Assembly (NCBI GenBank): GCA_964016885.1
Contig: OZ024752.1
Location: forward strand, 42,594,001 to 42,658,000
Source: Eledone cirrhosa
Lineage: Eukaryota
DNA: 64,000 nucleotides
Reading direction: 5' to 3'
Shown piece after piece: positions 1 through 12,706 of this stretch (position 1 is the first letter of the stretch; each line of letters begins with the position of its first letter). The notes beneath the pieces are model-generated. The model worked only from the letters and a program-made list of their open reading frames with translations, did not search any database and was not told the DNA's origin. The position numbers and the translations under genes were made by a program.

Positions 1-420
1 AACCACACAACCCATAGTCAACAACACAATGACTTTAGAAACCCCACAGCCCATAGTCAACAACACAATGACTTTAGAAACCACACAGCCCATAGTCAAC
101 AACACAATGACTTTAGAAACCCCACAGCCCATAGTCAACAACACAATGACTTTAGAAACCCCACAGCCCATAGTCAACAACATAATGACTTTAGAAACCA
201 CACAGCCCATAGTCAATAACACAATGACTTTAGAAACCACACAGCCCATAGTCAACATCACAATGACTTTAGAAACCACACAGCCCATAGTCAACAACAC
301 AATGACTTTAGAAACCACACAGCCCATAGTCAACATCACAATGACTTTAGAAACCACACAGCCCATAGTCAACAACACAATGACTTTAGAAACCACACAG
401 CCCATAGTCAACAACACAAT
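1..420. repeat. 39-bp minisatellite (FUCA intron)
   Basis: Unit AACCACACAGCCCATAGTCAACAACACAATGACTTTAGA, about 11 copies. Confidence 0.95.
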
Positions 421-509
421 ATCTTTAACACTTTTAATACCAAACTGTTTATTTTAAAGTGTTTATATTTATCTAAAAACCTTTGTTATATTATATTCTA
501 AAAAGCAGT

Positions 510-736
510 TTAACCCTTTAGTATTTCAACTGGCCGTATCTGGTCAGAATTCTCTCACCTCTTTCTGTTCAAACCGGCCGTAACTTCCTGTTCATACTTA
601 TGTTAAGGTATTGTCCTCAAAATAAAATATATCAATATCTCATAGATTCGATATTATGTCAGATAATTATGTAAGATAAAGATTTTACCATGAAAATACA
701 TTAGTAAATAGAGTAATGTAAATGTTAAAGGGTTAA
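510..736 (-). mobile_element. TTAA MITE, unit-length copy
   Basis: TTAACCCTTTA...AAAGGGTTAA termini; same family as 28579. Confidence 0.82.
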
Positions 737-979
737 TAATGAAAAAGTTAGTTATATTACTAAATGATCTTACGTCCATTGTAGTAGCTTCCAAGACATA
801 AACACATCTCATACACACATACACACACACTCACTCACAAAGCATGGGCTGACCTGAAGCTATGGTAAATGACACTTGCCTAAGATAGATCATGACAGCT
901 AGATCGAAGCTGGGACTTGATAATTGTGAAGCAAATTTCTTAATTGTTATTAAACTATACCGCCTCCTAGACATATACA

Positions 980-2388
980 GCTACACGACCACTTTACAGT
1001 GTGGGCTGTGTGCTTTTTGTCATGACACCTACACGACCACTTTACAGTGTGGGCTGTGTGCTTTTTGTTGTGACACCTACACGACTACTTTACAGTGTGG
1101 GCTGGGTGCTTTTTGTCGTGACACCTACACAACCACTTTACAGTGTGGGTTGTGTGCTTTTTGTCGTGACACCTACACGACTACTTTACAGTGTATGCTG
1201 GTTGCTTTTTGTCATGACACCTACACGACCACTTTACACTGTGGGCTGTGTGCTTTTTGTCGTGACACCTACACGACCACTTTACACTGTGGGCTGTGTG
1301 CTTTTTGTCATGACACCTACACGACCACTTTACACTGTGGGCTGTGTGCTTTTTGTCGTGACACCTACACGACCACTTTACACTGTGGGCTGGGTGCTTT
1401 TTGTCGTGACACCTACACGACTACTTTACAGTGTATGCTGGGTGCTTTTTGTCATGACACCTACACGACCACTTTACACTGTGGGCTGGGTGCTTTTTGT
1501 CGTGACACCTACACGACCACTTTACAGTGTGGGCTGGGTGCTTTTTGTCGTGACACCTACACAACCACTTTACAGTGTGGGTTGCGTGCTTTTTGTCGTG
1601 ACACCTACACGACTACTTTACACTGTGGGCTGTGTGCTTTTTGTCGTGACACCTACACGACCACTTTACAGTGTGGGCTGGGTGCTTTTTGTCGTGACAC
1701 CTACACAACCACTTTACAGTGTGGGTTGCGTGCTTTTTGTCGTGACACCTACACGACCACTTTACAGTGTGGGCTGTGTGCTTTTTGTCGTGACACCTAC
1801 ACAACCACTTTACAGTGTGGGTTGCGTGCTTTTTGTCGTGACACCTACACAACCACTTTACAGTGTGGGTTGCGTGCTTTTTGTCGTGACACCTACACGA
1901 CTACTTTACACTGTGGGCTGGGTGCTTTTTGTCGTGACACCTACACAACCACTTTACAGTGTGGGTTGCGTGCTTTTTGTCGTGACACCTACACGACTAC
2001 TTTACAGTGTATGGTGGGTGCTTTTTGTCATGACACCTACACGACTACTTTACACTGTGGGCTGGGTGCTTTTTGTCGTGACACCTACACAACCACTTTA
2101 CAGTGTGGGTTGCGTGCTTTTTGTCGTGACACCTACACGACTACTTTACAGTGTATGGTGGGTGCTTTTTGTCATGACACCTACACGACCACTTTACACT
2201 GTGGGCTGTGTGCTTTTTGTCGTGACACCTACACGACCACTTTACACTGTGGGCTGTGTGCTTTTTGTCGTGACACCTACACGACCACTTTACACTGTGG
2301 GCTGTGTGCTTTTTGTCGTGACACCTACACGACCACTTTACACTGTGGCCTGTGTGCTTTTTGTCGTGACACCTACATGACCACTTTA
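980..2388. repeat. 39-bp minisatellite, about 36 copies, SINE-derived
   Basis: Unit CTACACGACCACTTTACAGTGTGGGCTGTGTGCTTTTTGTCGTGACAC matches the internal segment of the SINEs at 12475-12535 and 3525-3630. Confidence 0.95.
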
Positions 2389-2440
2389 CTATTATCTATA
2401 GGAATTTTCAAATCAATAACACATTACTAAAAAAACCAAC

Positions 2441-2568
2441 CTTGACATAGTTCTGAGTTTTAAACTTGTTCTTTTTGTCTTGTAAATAGTGTGGGTTAAA
2501 CCATTCATATAGAGAGTGATATACTCCAAACTTTATCCCCTTTTCTCGGACAGCTACTGACAGTTCAC
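2441..2568 (-). CDS. FUCA: Alpha-L-fucosidase, coding exon 3 (gene continues left of the window)
   Basis: cccttttag|GT acceptor, encodes (G)[42 protein letters not shown]; AAG|GTTGGT donor. The exon with the catalytic WSDG nucleophile was not found in 1-2440. Confidence 0.93.
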
Positions 2569-2674
2569 CTAAAAGGGGGCAGGGGACAAAAACAAACAGG
2601 ATAATATCATTAATAACAAAAACATCTTAAGAGAGATTCAGGTGAGAGACAAAGAGAGAGAAACAGACATACAT

Positions 2675-2720
<46 letters not shown>

Positions 2721-2964
2721 GAGAAAAATATCATTAACAAGATGATCTTGAGAAAAAGGTAGATGTGACAGAAAAGATGAGAGAGAGACAGATTGTAAAT
2801 AGTATTGTGGTAGTAGCAGTGGTGGTGGTGATTATTGTTGTAATGGTGGTAGCGGTGGTGTGTGATAGAAAGCCAGACAGTTTTATAGTTAGATTGACAG
2901 ACATACAGGCAGGCAGAAAGCCAGACACACAGACAGATAGATAGTTACATAGATAGCTAGTTAC

Positions 2965-3071
2965 CCAAAAGATCGCGATGTGGACCAACATCCTCCGAGT
3001 TCCAGTTCCAAGAATGTTTAGAACCCCATAGTGTGTAACCTTCATGGTGCTTCGATGTTAAAACGACATAC
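2965..3071 (-). CDS. FUCA: Alpha-L-fucosidase, coding exon 2
   Basis: ccccaag|G acceptor, encodes (K)[35 protein letters not shown](G) with the GH29 KHHEG motif; G|GTAACT donor; phase matches exon 1. Confidence 0.95.
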
Positions 3072-3440
3072 CTTGGGGAGAGAGAATAAAAGGAACATAT
3101 ATATATATATATATATAAGCGCTCATATATTCACCTAGCTTATGCTAACAGAATAACTATGTAGCTTGTTCCCTTCCTCTCTACGGTTAGCTCTCCTCTT
3201 TGTTGTTATCTTGTCTCACTCGCTTTACGCGTTTTAATTGTCCTAATAACTTAATTTAGTTATTATTGCACCGACGTGAGGTATATGATTTTTAATGCAA
3301 TGAAATATCTATGATCGTCGGCAAATCACTGATGAGGGACTCATTTTATTACATGTTATCCATGTGCAACCTGCAGTATTCTTCTCCCCATTTTTTCACA
3401 TATATATATATATATATATATACACAAACATACATTTATA

Positions 3441-3734
3441 TTGAGCAAGGCACTTTATTTCACATTGCTCCAGTTTACTCAGCTGTAGAAATGAGATGAT
3501 AGGGACTGGGGTCCCTATCATTCCACTGCAAAGTGGTCGTGGAGGTGCCACGGCAAAAAAATCACCCAGCCCACACTGTAAAGTGGACGTGTAGGCGCCA
3601 CGAAAAAGCACCCAGCACTCACTGTAAATGAGGTTGGTGTTAGGAAGGGCATCCAGCTGTAGAAATCAAGCCAGAATCAGTTCCCGTCCCACCCTTGCAA
3701 GCAGGGAAAAGCGGACGTAAAATGATGATGATGA
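3441..3734 (+). mobile_element. 5'-truncated copy of the same SINE
   Basis: TTGAGCAAGGCACTTTATTTCACATTGCTCCAG...GGACGTAAAATGATGATG. Confidence 0.8.
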
Positions 3735-3923
3735 TAGGTTTCTGGATCCCAGACAATATTAATATACGTCTGGGATCCAGAAACCTTTGGTAATGGAGTA
3801 GTTATATTTTGTGGTGTTCATTTTTAATTAAATAGCTCTGTTCTATACATAGAGCACTCTTTTTTCCTTTGCTTTTTCTTCGGAATTACCTTAAACACAC
3901 ACACACACACACACATATATATA

Positions 3924-4220
3924 TCATCATCATCATCGTTTAACGTCCATCTTCCACGCTAGCATGGGTCTGGACGGGAATTGTCCCACTTGAGGCAAGA
4001 TTGGTTGTTTTGCTCAGGACTGTCTGGCGGGTTTTCTACGGCTGGATGCCCTTCCTAACACCAACCACGTTTACAGTGTGGACTGGGAGGTTTTTACCGT
4101 GTTACCTACACGGCCACATTACAGCGTGGACTGTGTGTTTTTTTGTCGTGACACCTACACGACCTCATTTGTTTAGGACTGGATGTTGTGGTACCAACAT
4201 AGCTTTACATCGAAAGGGGT
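3924..4220 (-). mobile_element. Related SINE subfamily (also 43500-43812 plus, 27930-28100, 56335-56495)
   Basis: Shared GGTGTTAGGAAGGGCATCCAGCCGTAGAAAAC core and ACGTTAAACGATGATG tail. Confidence 0.7.
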
Positions 4221-4771
4221 GATGTAGATGGCGGTGGGGGGTAGGGGTAGTGGGACGGGGGTATATATATATATATATATATATATAAATGTAAAAAGTA
4301 AACAGAAATAACAACACTATTGGTACAGCATATGGAAGGAATATATTAGGTTAAAGCTTGAAAAAGCAGGAAGAGGGTCTTACAATGCAAATGACAATCA
4401 AAGAGTGTAGTATACTTGTTATTTTACATCGAGCTATTTTCATACTTGTACAGGGTAATATTTATTATTACCCACATTATATATATATTTATATATAGCG
4501 ATACTTGTTGGAAATGACTTCGAATATATTAGGACAAGTTATCTAGTCTTTGGCACTGAAGCAATATGATATTTTTAAATGTTTTATTTATATATTACAT
4601 ATATCCACACAAATAATATAATCATCCAGGTTTTTATTCTCAGCACTGTTGCTACCAAAACAATCACCATCGCTACCACCAGAGCTCTCTCTCTCTCTCA
4701 CACATCACACATTATTACCACCTCCTTTCCATAAAGACTTGTTACAGCATGTGATTTTTAAAAACTGTTTT

Positions 4772-5432
4772 GAATGTTGCCACTGGCACTGCTGTTCATT
4801 AGCTGCCCAGTTTCATCATCATTATCTTCATTTTACATCCGCTTTTCCCTGCTTGCAAGAGTGGGGTGGGTTCCTATTCAACACAACATCTCTCCACATG
4901 TCACGGTCCTTCGTCATCTCCTCCAAGAGCTTCAGCGATCTGAGATCAGCTCTTACCACCTGCGCCCGTGTTTTTTGTGGTCGTCCCCTACTGCGTCTTG
5001 CTTCTACTGGGATTTCTGGGCACTTCTTTTCAATGTTGCCACTGCTGTTCATTAGCTGCCCAGTTTCATCATCATTATCTTCATTTTACATCCGCTTTTC
5101 CCTGCTTGCAAGAGTGGGGTGGGTTCCTATTCAACACAACATCTCTCCACATGTCACGGTCCTTCGTCATCTCCTCCAAGAGCTTCAGCGATCTGAGATC
5201 AGCTCTTACCACCTGCGCCCATGTTTTTTGTGGTCTTCCCTTACTGCGTCTTTCTTCTACTGGGATTTCTGGGCACTTCTTTACCCAGCCGTCATCTTCC
5301 ATGCGCATCACATGTCCATACCAACGCAGTCTTCTCTCCCGCACACTACAACTTATCCCTCTTATACACAGCCTCTCTCTCAACTCATCTATACTTGGTC
5401 GTTCATGCACACTGACATTGCACATCCAACAG
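4772..5432 (-). mobile_element. RTE-clade LINE 3' fragment with a tandem duplication of about 258 bp of its end
   Basis: ELRERLCIRGISCSVRERRLRWYGHVMRMEDDGWVKKC..KGRPQKTW, typical RTE C-terminus; (ATG)n-like tail. Confidence 0.85.
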
Positions 5433-7048
5433 CCAGAGGCCGAAAAAATAGTTTGACAATAATTCTTGTTATTTTAGAATTTTATTCCATTTAGCTAAGC
5501 AGGATATTAGCTTCACCTCTGTCACAGCATTAAGGATGGCATTGTCTTAACAGTTCACTTTATAATTAGACAAGCTATTTCAGTGATTATTCATTTATAA
5601 GTGTATATAAATACATCATGCAGCCTCATCTGGTTCAACTATAACTGTCCTATATTAGATATTTCTTTTCTTCAAGGTTTTTTTTATTGATTTCTTGCAT
5701 AGTAACATATATAGTTCAAGGAAACAACAAACAGAGGTACAAAGTCTTATAAGTTTCACGCTTTATACTGGAAAGTGGAATGAAAGGTTGACATGTCGGG
5801 CTTATGTCCTTCTTCAGGAGTACAAGTAGAGACAGGATCACAATGGAGAAACAGAAAAAAAAGGTACAGTAAAGACAATATATAGAACGAGGAAGAGAAG
5901 GGGATAAAACAAGATTAAGTGGTGACTTTCATTCTGTTAATGTGAGGATGTTTGGCTATTCCAGTGCCTAAGACTTGCTATCACCCACAGTAATGCCATG
6001 ACTTGGCTTGCTTCAAACATCTTTAGAAGTCATTACCTGGTGTAATGTGGAATTGGAGGACCCATTATCATATAATGTCATGTCTTAGTTTGTCTCAAAC
6101 AATTTTAGAGGGAAACACCAAAAAAGCCCATATATCATGATTTTTTATGTAGACACAAGGCCAGCAATTTTGGGAGATTAAATCAACCCCAGTGCGTGAC
6201 TGGTACTTTATTTTATTGACTCCGTAAGGATGAAAGGCAAAGTTAACCTCAGCGGGATTTGAACTCTGATCATAAAGGGCCGTAACTCTATGCTGATAAA
6301 GCATGGCGTCTGCTCTTCTACCGATACTGCCAACCCACCGCTCTGATAAATAATAATAATAATAATGTTTCAAAGGGAAATGTCTTGGCAAGCTTTCTAC
6401 AACTGCGTGCCTTTCCTTAACAACAAATTCCACTCACATGACATTAAACTACATGCATAGCTGTGTGATTAAGGAGTACGCTGTACAACATGGTTCTGGG
6501 ATTAATCTGATTGTGAGGCACCTTTGTCATGTCTTTGACACAAGTGAAGGGTCTTCCCAACTCTTTGTTTGGCAAGCTTTCTACAACTGCGTGCCTTTCC
6601 TTAACAACAAATTCCACTCACATGACATTAAACTACATGCATAGCTGTGTGATTAAAGAGTACGCTGTACAACATGGTTCTGGGATTAATCTGATTGTGA
6701 GGCACCTTGGGCAAATGTTTTCTACTATAGAGGTGACCAATGTCTTGTGAGTGGAATTTGGTGTTAAGGAAAGGCACCCAGTTGTAGAAAGCTTGCCAAA
6801 CAAAGAGTTGGGAAGACCCTTCACTTGTGTCAAAGACATGACAAATTCTCTAGTACAGGTGCCACAATAAAATGCACTAGGTAAAACGTGGAACTAAGTA
6901 AGTAAGACGCAAACTCCCGGCCTGTTAGGGAATTCAGTAGCCTCAAATTAGTACTGACTCGGTCTGCAAATACTCGTCCTGCCCATACTGGCAGGGAAAA
7001 TGGACGTTAAATGATGATGAAGTAAAAAGGAAACTGCACACAGGTATA

Positions 7049-7362
7049 TTTAAAGATTATTTTTTTTCCTTTAATCTGACATAATGAATATTTTTATAAT
7101 TGCTACATTAAGTGGATTTAAATTTTGTCAAATATTACGGCTTTCTAGTGGTATATAAATCTTGCCAATAATTCTCATTATTATTAACATATGTTCTAAC
7201 TCCTCACAGAATATGAGGACAAACTTTTTAATATTTGGCAAGATTGATATACCACTGGAAACCAGTAATATTTGACAAATTTTAATCCACTCAATGTAAA
7301 CATTATAAAAATATTCATTCTGTCAGATTAAAGAAAAAAAATAATCTTTAAATATACCTGTT
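7049..7362. repeat. Older imperfect palindrome (arms about 120 bp) in FUCA intron 1
   Basis: ACAGGTATATTTAAAGATT... / ...AATCTTTAAATATACCTGT with several mismatches; degenerate ATGAGGA..GAAACCAGTA core. Confidence 0.7.
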
Positions 7363-7778
7363 TATTTTTACTTTTTACCTAAAACCTTTTTACCTATAAC
7401 CTATATATACATGTATGTAAAAGGTAAACAGAAATAACAACAGAATCGGTACAGTATATGGAAGTTAACGCTTGATATAGCAGGAAGAGGATCTTAACGT
7501 CTAGGACGCTAGTCCTTCATCAGAAGACAGAATGAGAAATAAAATAGATTGAAGTAACGCGCGGGGTGGAATTGGAAAAAAAAGTCTTTAGATAGAAATA
7601 ACAGGTCCTTTCATGTTGACACACACACACACATATATATATATATATTTATATATATATATATATAATGTAGGAGGTGAGTTTTATTGTAGCACAATAA
7701 AGCAATGCAAATATCGGATATGTTGATTTAAAACTTCACTATTCACAAGTGTTATTTAAGCTTCATATCATGTATCCC

Positions 7779-7849
7779 TATTTTATCTGATGAGAACGCA
7801 GATATCATCCCATGATGATATTTGTTTTTGAAATGCGCATAATAAAATA
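7779..7849 (+). ncRNA. Minimal type-I hammerhead ribozyme motif
   Basis: Stem I TATTTTAT / CTGATGA (7787) / stem II GAACGCAGATATCAT..ATGATATTTGTTTTT / GAAA (7830) / palindromic stem III (A)TGCGCA(T) / UA cleavage site / ATAAAATA. Confidence 0.85.
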
Positions 7850-7983
7850 CTTGGAACTCTTTTAACCATCTTTTGATCTTATATTATATATGCGTGTGTG
7901 TGTGTGTTGCTGTTGTTGTTGTTGTTTTAATGTGGGGTTGTAATCAGTAAAGCGAGCCCTCAATATGCTGACACAGGTAAAAG

Positions 7984-8032
<49 letters not shown>

Positions 8033-8161
8033 ATAGTGTTACTTTATCACATCGGGGTCACTACTTTAGTAATAAGTACTTTTGATGTAATGGTAGCAGA
8101 AAGGCGTTCCAGAGAGATTCACAACGGTACAATTCATAAAGGTAGCAATTCGATGTTGCTA

Positions 8162-8206
<45 letters not shown>

Positions 8207-8232
8207 TAAAATAATACATACATGTAAATCTA

Positions 8233-8280
<48 letters not shown>

Positions 8281-8693
8281 GTAATAATAATAAAATTGAA
8301 GACTAAAATCCAAAGAGGGCTCAGTTCTGCGTTTACAGATTGACTTTGTTAGTTTCAGAAGATCCCGTTAAGGGTGAAAGCAGTGATTCTTTGCTTAAAC
8401 TTTAATCCGTTATTTTAATAAATATATATATATATATATATACACTCTTTCTACTTGACGTATTGAACGTCCTGGTTTATTTTCTGTATCTTAGCGATTC
8501 GACAAGTAAGAGCTCGATAAAATAAATACTAGACTCGAGAATAGAAAAAGTACTGGAGGGTCGATATGATCGACTACATCCCTTGAAAGATATGCTGTAG
8601 CATGACCGCAGTCTAGTGACCCCCCCCCCCAAAAAAAAAGGAGAGAGAGAGAGAGATAGAGAGAGGGGGAGAAAAGAATGGTTGTATACTCAC

Positions 8694-9442
8694 TTAGCTC
8701 CCGATTCTTGGAATAGCTTCGCCCATTCTGAGGGGTTGAAAAACTCGGCCTTAAACATTGGTGCAAAATCAGTGTATCGGAAATCATGCGCATAATTATT
8801 AGCCATATACCTGCGGACACTCCTGAAGTTGGCGATATTTTGACTAGAATCATGACCATTGCCAGCAAGGTAGTACCAAAACCACTCGGCAAGTCCACCT
8901 TGGCCAACTTCGACGAAACTAGGCACAGAAAAGACTCCCCAGTGAATGAATATTCCTACTTTAGCTTCGTCGTACCAACTAGGAATGGGACGAGAGTCTA
9001 AAGAGTCCCAGTTTTCTTGATAGATTTTACCACTCCTAGAGTTAGCCTTTTCGTTGCTCACCTGAAGACTTTTCATTTGTGGCACCACCTTTTTTTCTGA
9101 ATCAGACGGAGTGGTTTTCTTTTGCAGTGTAATATCTAATAATCTAGATTTAAAGTCCATTGTATCAGAGTTAACAGACCGAGCAACTTCTGGAGACAGT
9201 CCCGGGATGCGGGCAGATTCACCAGGGTAGTTTTCGTTGTTGAATTTATGTAGCTTCGTCCCGACTGCCACATTGTTTTCGATGTTACGGTAGACGGGTT
9301 CATGCATATATCCTTCTTTGTGAACACCATTTGACGAACCCAACATACAAGGGTAGAATATAAAGACTTCAGAAATGATGAACAGAGATTGAAATAGGAT
9401 AAAACCTGTCCGGGATATGAAAAAGGTTTTTAACCGAGGCAT
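8694..9442 (-). CDS. FUCA: Alpha-L-fucosidase (GH29), coding exon 1
   Basis: Translation contains YQENWDSLDSRPIPSWYDEAKVGIFIHWGVFSVPSF...EWFW...YTDFAPMFKAEFFNPSEWAKLFQESGAK, the typical FUCA1/2 N-terminal block. Ends AA|GTGAGT (phase-2 donor); 749 nt. Confidence 0.95.
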
Positions 9443-10749
9443 CTTTTTCGTTCAGTGGGTGATGGCGGTGTTTTTGATGTTTTTGTTTATTCATTTGATA
9501 AGAGAGACGCTGAGAGTGCAAAGGGAGATAATTACGTTTACCTGTCAGTCATGGAGTTAGTTAAAAGTGGCAAGTATTTATAAAATGAAAATGAAATCCG
9601 ATGTGTAAGAAGATTGATTGTACATCCTCTCTTCTTTCCATTTCCTTCCAGTTTCAATTTGCTTTTCATTATTATTACGTTCTGCGTTCAAATCCTGCCG
9701 ACGTTAGCTATGCCTTTCATCCTAACGGGGTCAATAAAATAAAGTACCAGTAACGCACTGGAGTCGATTTAATCGACTTTCCCCTCCGCCAAAATTGCTG
9801 GCCTTGTGCTTATATATGAAACCATTATTATTATTATTAGGAGGAGGAGGGGAGGGGTACCCTTCCTGGGTGCCCTCGAAGCGTCGACTGGTTTAGGATT
9901 GGTGGGGTACCTGAATCAACCCTGGGTGTTTATTGGGGAATTTTCATTGTTGTATTTTCCTTGTTTATTGTTTTCCCATTTTTTACTCCATTTTTGTGTA
10001 AACCCTCCACTGCCCCCATCTATTGTATTGTCCTCTTATGTCGGCCTTTGTAGCCAATAAATGAAACCATTGTTATAATTATCATTATTGCTCTGACACG
10101 CCGTGCAGATGGATAAAGCACCAGGGTACTCAGTCATCTGTCAAGTCACAACAAGGACCTCAGACAGATAATAATTTCCTCAAAATGTGCACAGTACCCA
10201 GTGCCGGATTTAAGATAAATGAGGCCCCTTACTTGGGCCCTGAAGGAGGTAAACATTTTTTTGGCAGGAAGATGGGTCCCCTTGGCCAATGGGACCCTTT
10301 GCTTAGCCACACCTAAGCACAATGGTAAATCCAGCACTGGCTGTACCTAACAAAGCCACCTTTTGTATGACACCCAACCTGTATGGTATTCCCAGGCACT
10401 TTAAGAAGTCTTGAAGTTTCAATGGGATTGACCCTAAGCCCCAATCACAACTGGTATCACTTTTACATTACCCTCTTACATTCCAAATAGTCTTGCCATC
10501 TCCACTTTCAATTCAGAGTACTTGGTGATTTTTTTCAATCTCCTTATTCACAATATTCATGTCATTTGCTATGGCCACATTGATTGTCTTTCTTATTCAA
10601 CACGACAATGTTTAGTTGGCAATGCTTAATTATCCTATCAGTCTGAAAGTCATAATCCCAAAATACCGTTGTTTATTGTTATTATTTTTTTTATTATTAT
10701 TAATGATGTGGTTTGGCAATATCGGAAGTGTCAGATCACTGAGGTTTAT

Positions 10750-11196
10750 ATTGAATAGCCATCTGTGAGTTAACTATCGTTGTTATTCAGTAACCATCAC
10801 TAGCTCAACACTCCCCAGATTAGTGAGATTGGTGAGGTTGATGTTGAATAGCCATCAGTGAGTTAACTATCAATGTTATTCACTAACCATCACCAGCTCA
10901 AGGCTTCCCAGATTAGTGAGATTGATGTTGAATAGCCATCAGTGAGTTAACTATCAATGTTATTCACTAACCATCACCAGCTCAAGGCTCCCCAGATTAG
11001 TGAGATTGGTGAGGTTGATGTTGAATAGCCATCAGTGAGTTAACTATCAATGTTATTCAGTAACCATCACCAGCTCAAGGCTCCCTAGATTAGTGAGATT
11101 GGTGAGGTTGATGTTGAATAGCCATCAGTGAGTTAACTCTCAATGTTATTCAGTAACCATCACCAGCTCAAGGCTCCCTAGATTAGTGAGATTGGT
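10750..11196. repeat. 93-bp tandem repeat, about 5 copies (one 84-bp unit)
   Basis: GTTGAATAGCCATCAGTGAGTTAACT... repeated. Confidence 0.9.
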
Positions 11197-11435
11197 GTAG
11201 TTGATTAGGCAGAAAGTTTAGTGGAAGAGCTGAGAGTTGATATAGTTGTAGGTGACAAGAAGAGGATGTTAAGAAGGTCCCGAGTGGAAGTATAGACAAC
11301 TCTCTTTGTTTATATATTTTTGTGTATCATATTCATAAGGTTTCTAGCAATAATTAATTGTATACATCATTTGTGTTTATACATTAATTCTGTAAGAATT
11401 ATAAACAATTTGTAACATTATTTATTAATAAATAG

Positions 11436-11625
11436 GGCGGTGGATTGGCAGTATCGGTAGAGGGTTGGACGCCATGTTTTGCAGCATAGAGTTACGGCCC
11501 TTTATGGTCTGAGTTCAAATCCCGCCGAGGTTAACTTTGCCTTTCATCCTTACGGGGTCGATAAAATAAAGTACTAGTAATACACTGGAATAATTGCTGG
11601 CCTTGTGCCAAAAGTAGGAACAATT
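11436..11625 (+). mobile_element. Second tRNA-derived SINE family (copies also at about 6150-6342, 9690-9830, 34697-34885, 44770-44975, 45342-45525, 46617-46785, 50710-50880, 53660-53800, 61515-61610, 61953-62160)
   Basis: TGGCAGTATCGG A box, GAGTTCAAATCC B box, conserved body GCCTTTCATCCTTACGGGGTCGATAAAATAAAGTACCAG. Confidence 0.85.
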
Positions 11626-12361
11626 ATTTATTAATAAATCAATTAATTATAGACAACTAGCTAGTTCAGAGATGTAAAGACTGTTGTAGAAGAGGTAAAA
11701 AGAACACGCAGCATGTCTGTAAATCAATGATTATTCTGGTGTTGCCAAGTGATTCTTTACCAATTACAGACTTGCCAACCTCTAAAAACCCAAACAGAGA
11801 GTACCATAAAAAAAAAAGTGGCCCAAAATAGGGGGATTTAACATAATGAAAGCTATACCCATTTTTACAAGATAAGACACCCCACCACCAAAGTGGGAGA
11901 TCTCTCCCCATCCGACGAACTGGGAGAGTTGACAGGTCTGCAATCAATCAACTGACATTTTGAATGCAATGAAAGCTTATATATTGTGCAAGCTTAACCA
12001 GTATTTGCTAGTGTTTGCAATAGCATTAACTCTTAATAGCCTGTATCACATAAAACTGGGGTAGTAGTGATGTGTTCACAGTTTAAAATACTCAGTGAGA
12101 ATAAATGTATGTTTATGATACAGCAAAATATTGTATATACATCTTTATTCTGAACTATGTTGTGTTAGTATAGTATATGTAAATAAGATTTCAAGTCTTC
12201 CATACAACAGTATCTTAGAATAAACATTTACTGACGATGGATAAAAACTCTGAAATACATATATATATATATCATTCTTATATGGGTACTAATGTAGCTG
12301 TGATATGATCACAGCTTAAAACCCACAAAGCAAGACTAAATATATATCTAATATACATAAA

Positions 12362-12706
12362 CATCATCATCATCATCATCATTTTACGTCCACTTTTCCC
12401 TGCTTGCAAGGGTGGGACGGGAACTGATTCTGGCTCGATTTCTACAGCTGGATGCCCTTCCTAACACCAACCTCATTTACAGTGAGTGCTGGGTGCTTTT
12501 TTTCCCGTGGCACCTACACGACCACTTTACAGTGGAATGATAGGGACCCCTGCCCCTATCATCTCATTTCTACAGCTGAGTAAACTGGAGCAATGTGAAA
12601 TAAAGTGTCTTGCTCAAGGAAACAACACATCACCCGGTCTGAGAATTGAACTCACAACCTTTCGATTGCAAGGCCAATGCTCTAACCACTAAGCCATGTG
12701 CCTCCA
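12362..12706 (-). mobile_element. tRNA-derived SINE with RTE-type tail (full length)
   Basis: Head GGAGGCACATGGCTTAGTGGTTAGAGC (A box)..GAGTTCAATTC (B box); tail shared with the RTE 3' end; (ATG)n. Confidence 0.85.

Noticed and set aside
29-457. Mucin-like 142-aa ORF
   Set aside because: Translation of a 39-bp tandem repeat; no splice or domain context.
773-808. Possible FUCA micro-exon ending in GTAAG
   Set aside because: No polypyrimidine tract and no GH29 similarity.
892-2430. 512-aa Cys-rich ORF with CxxC repeats (and the 459-aa overlapping ORF)
   Set aside because: It is the stop-free translation of a 39-bp SINE-derived minisatellite, antisense within a FUCA intron.
3290-3345. GAAA...CTGATGA as a permuted hammerhead
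   Set aside because: Stem II cannot pair.
12600-12706. tRNA gene-like A/B boxes
   Set aside because: These are SINE heads continuing into a SINE body; no complete cloverleaf.
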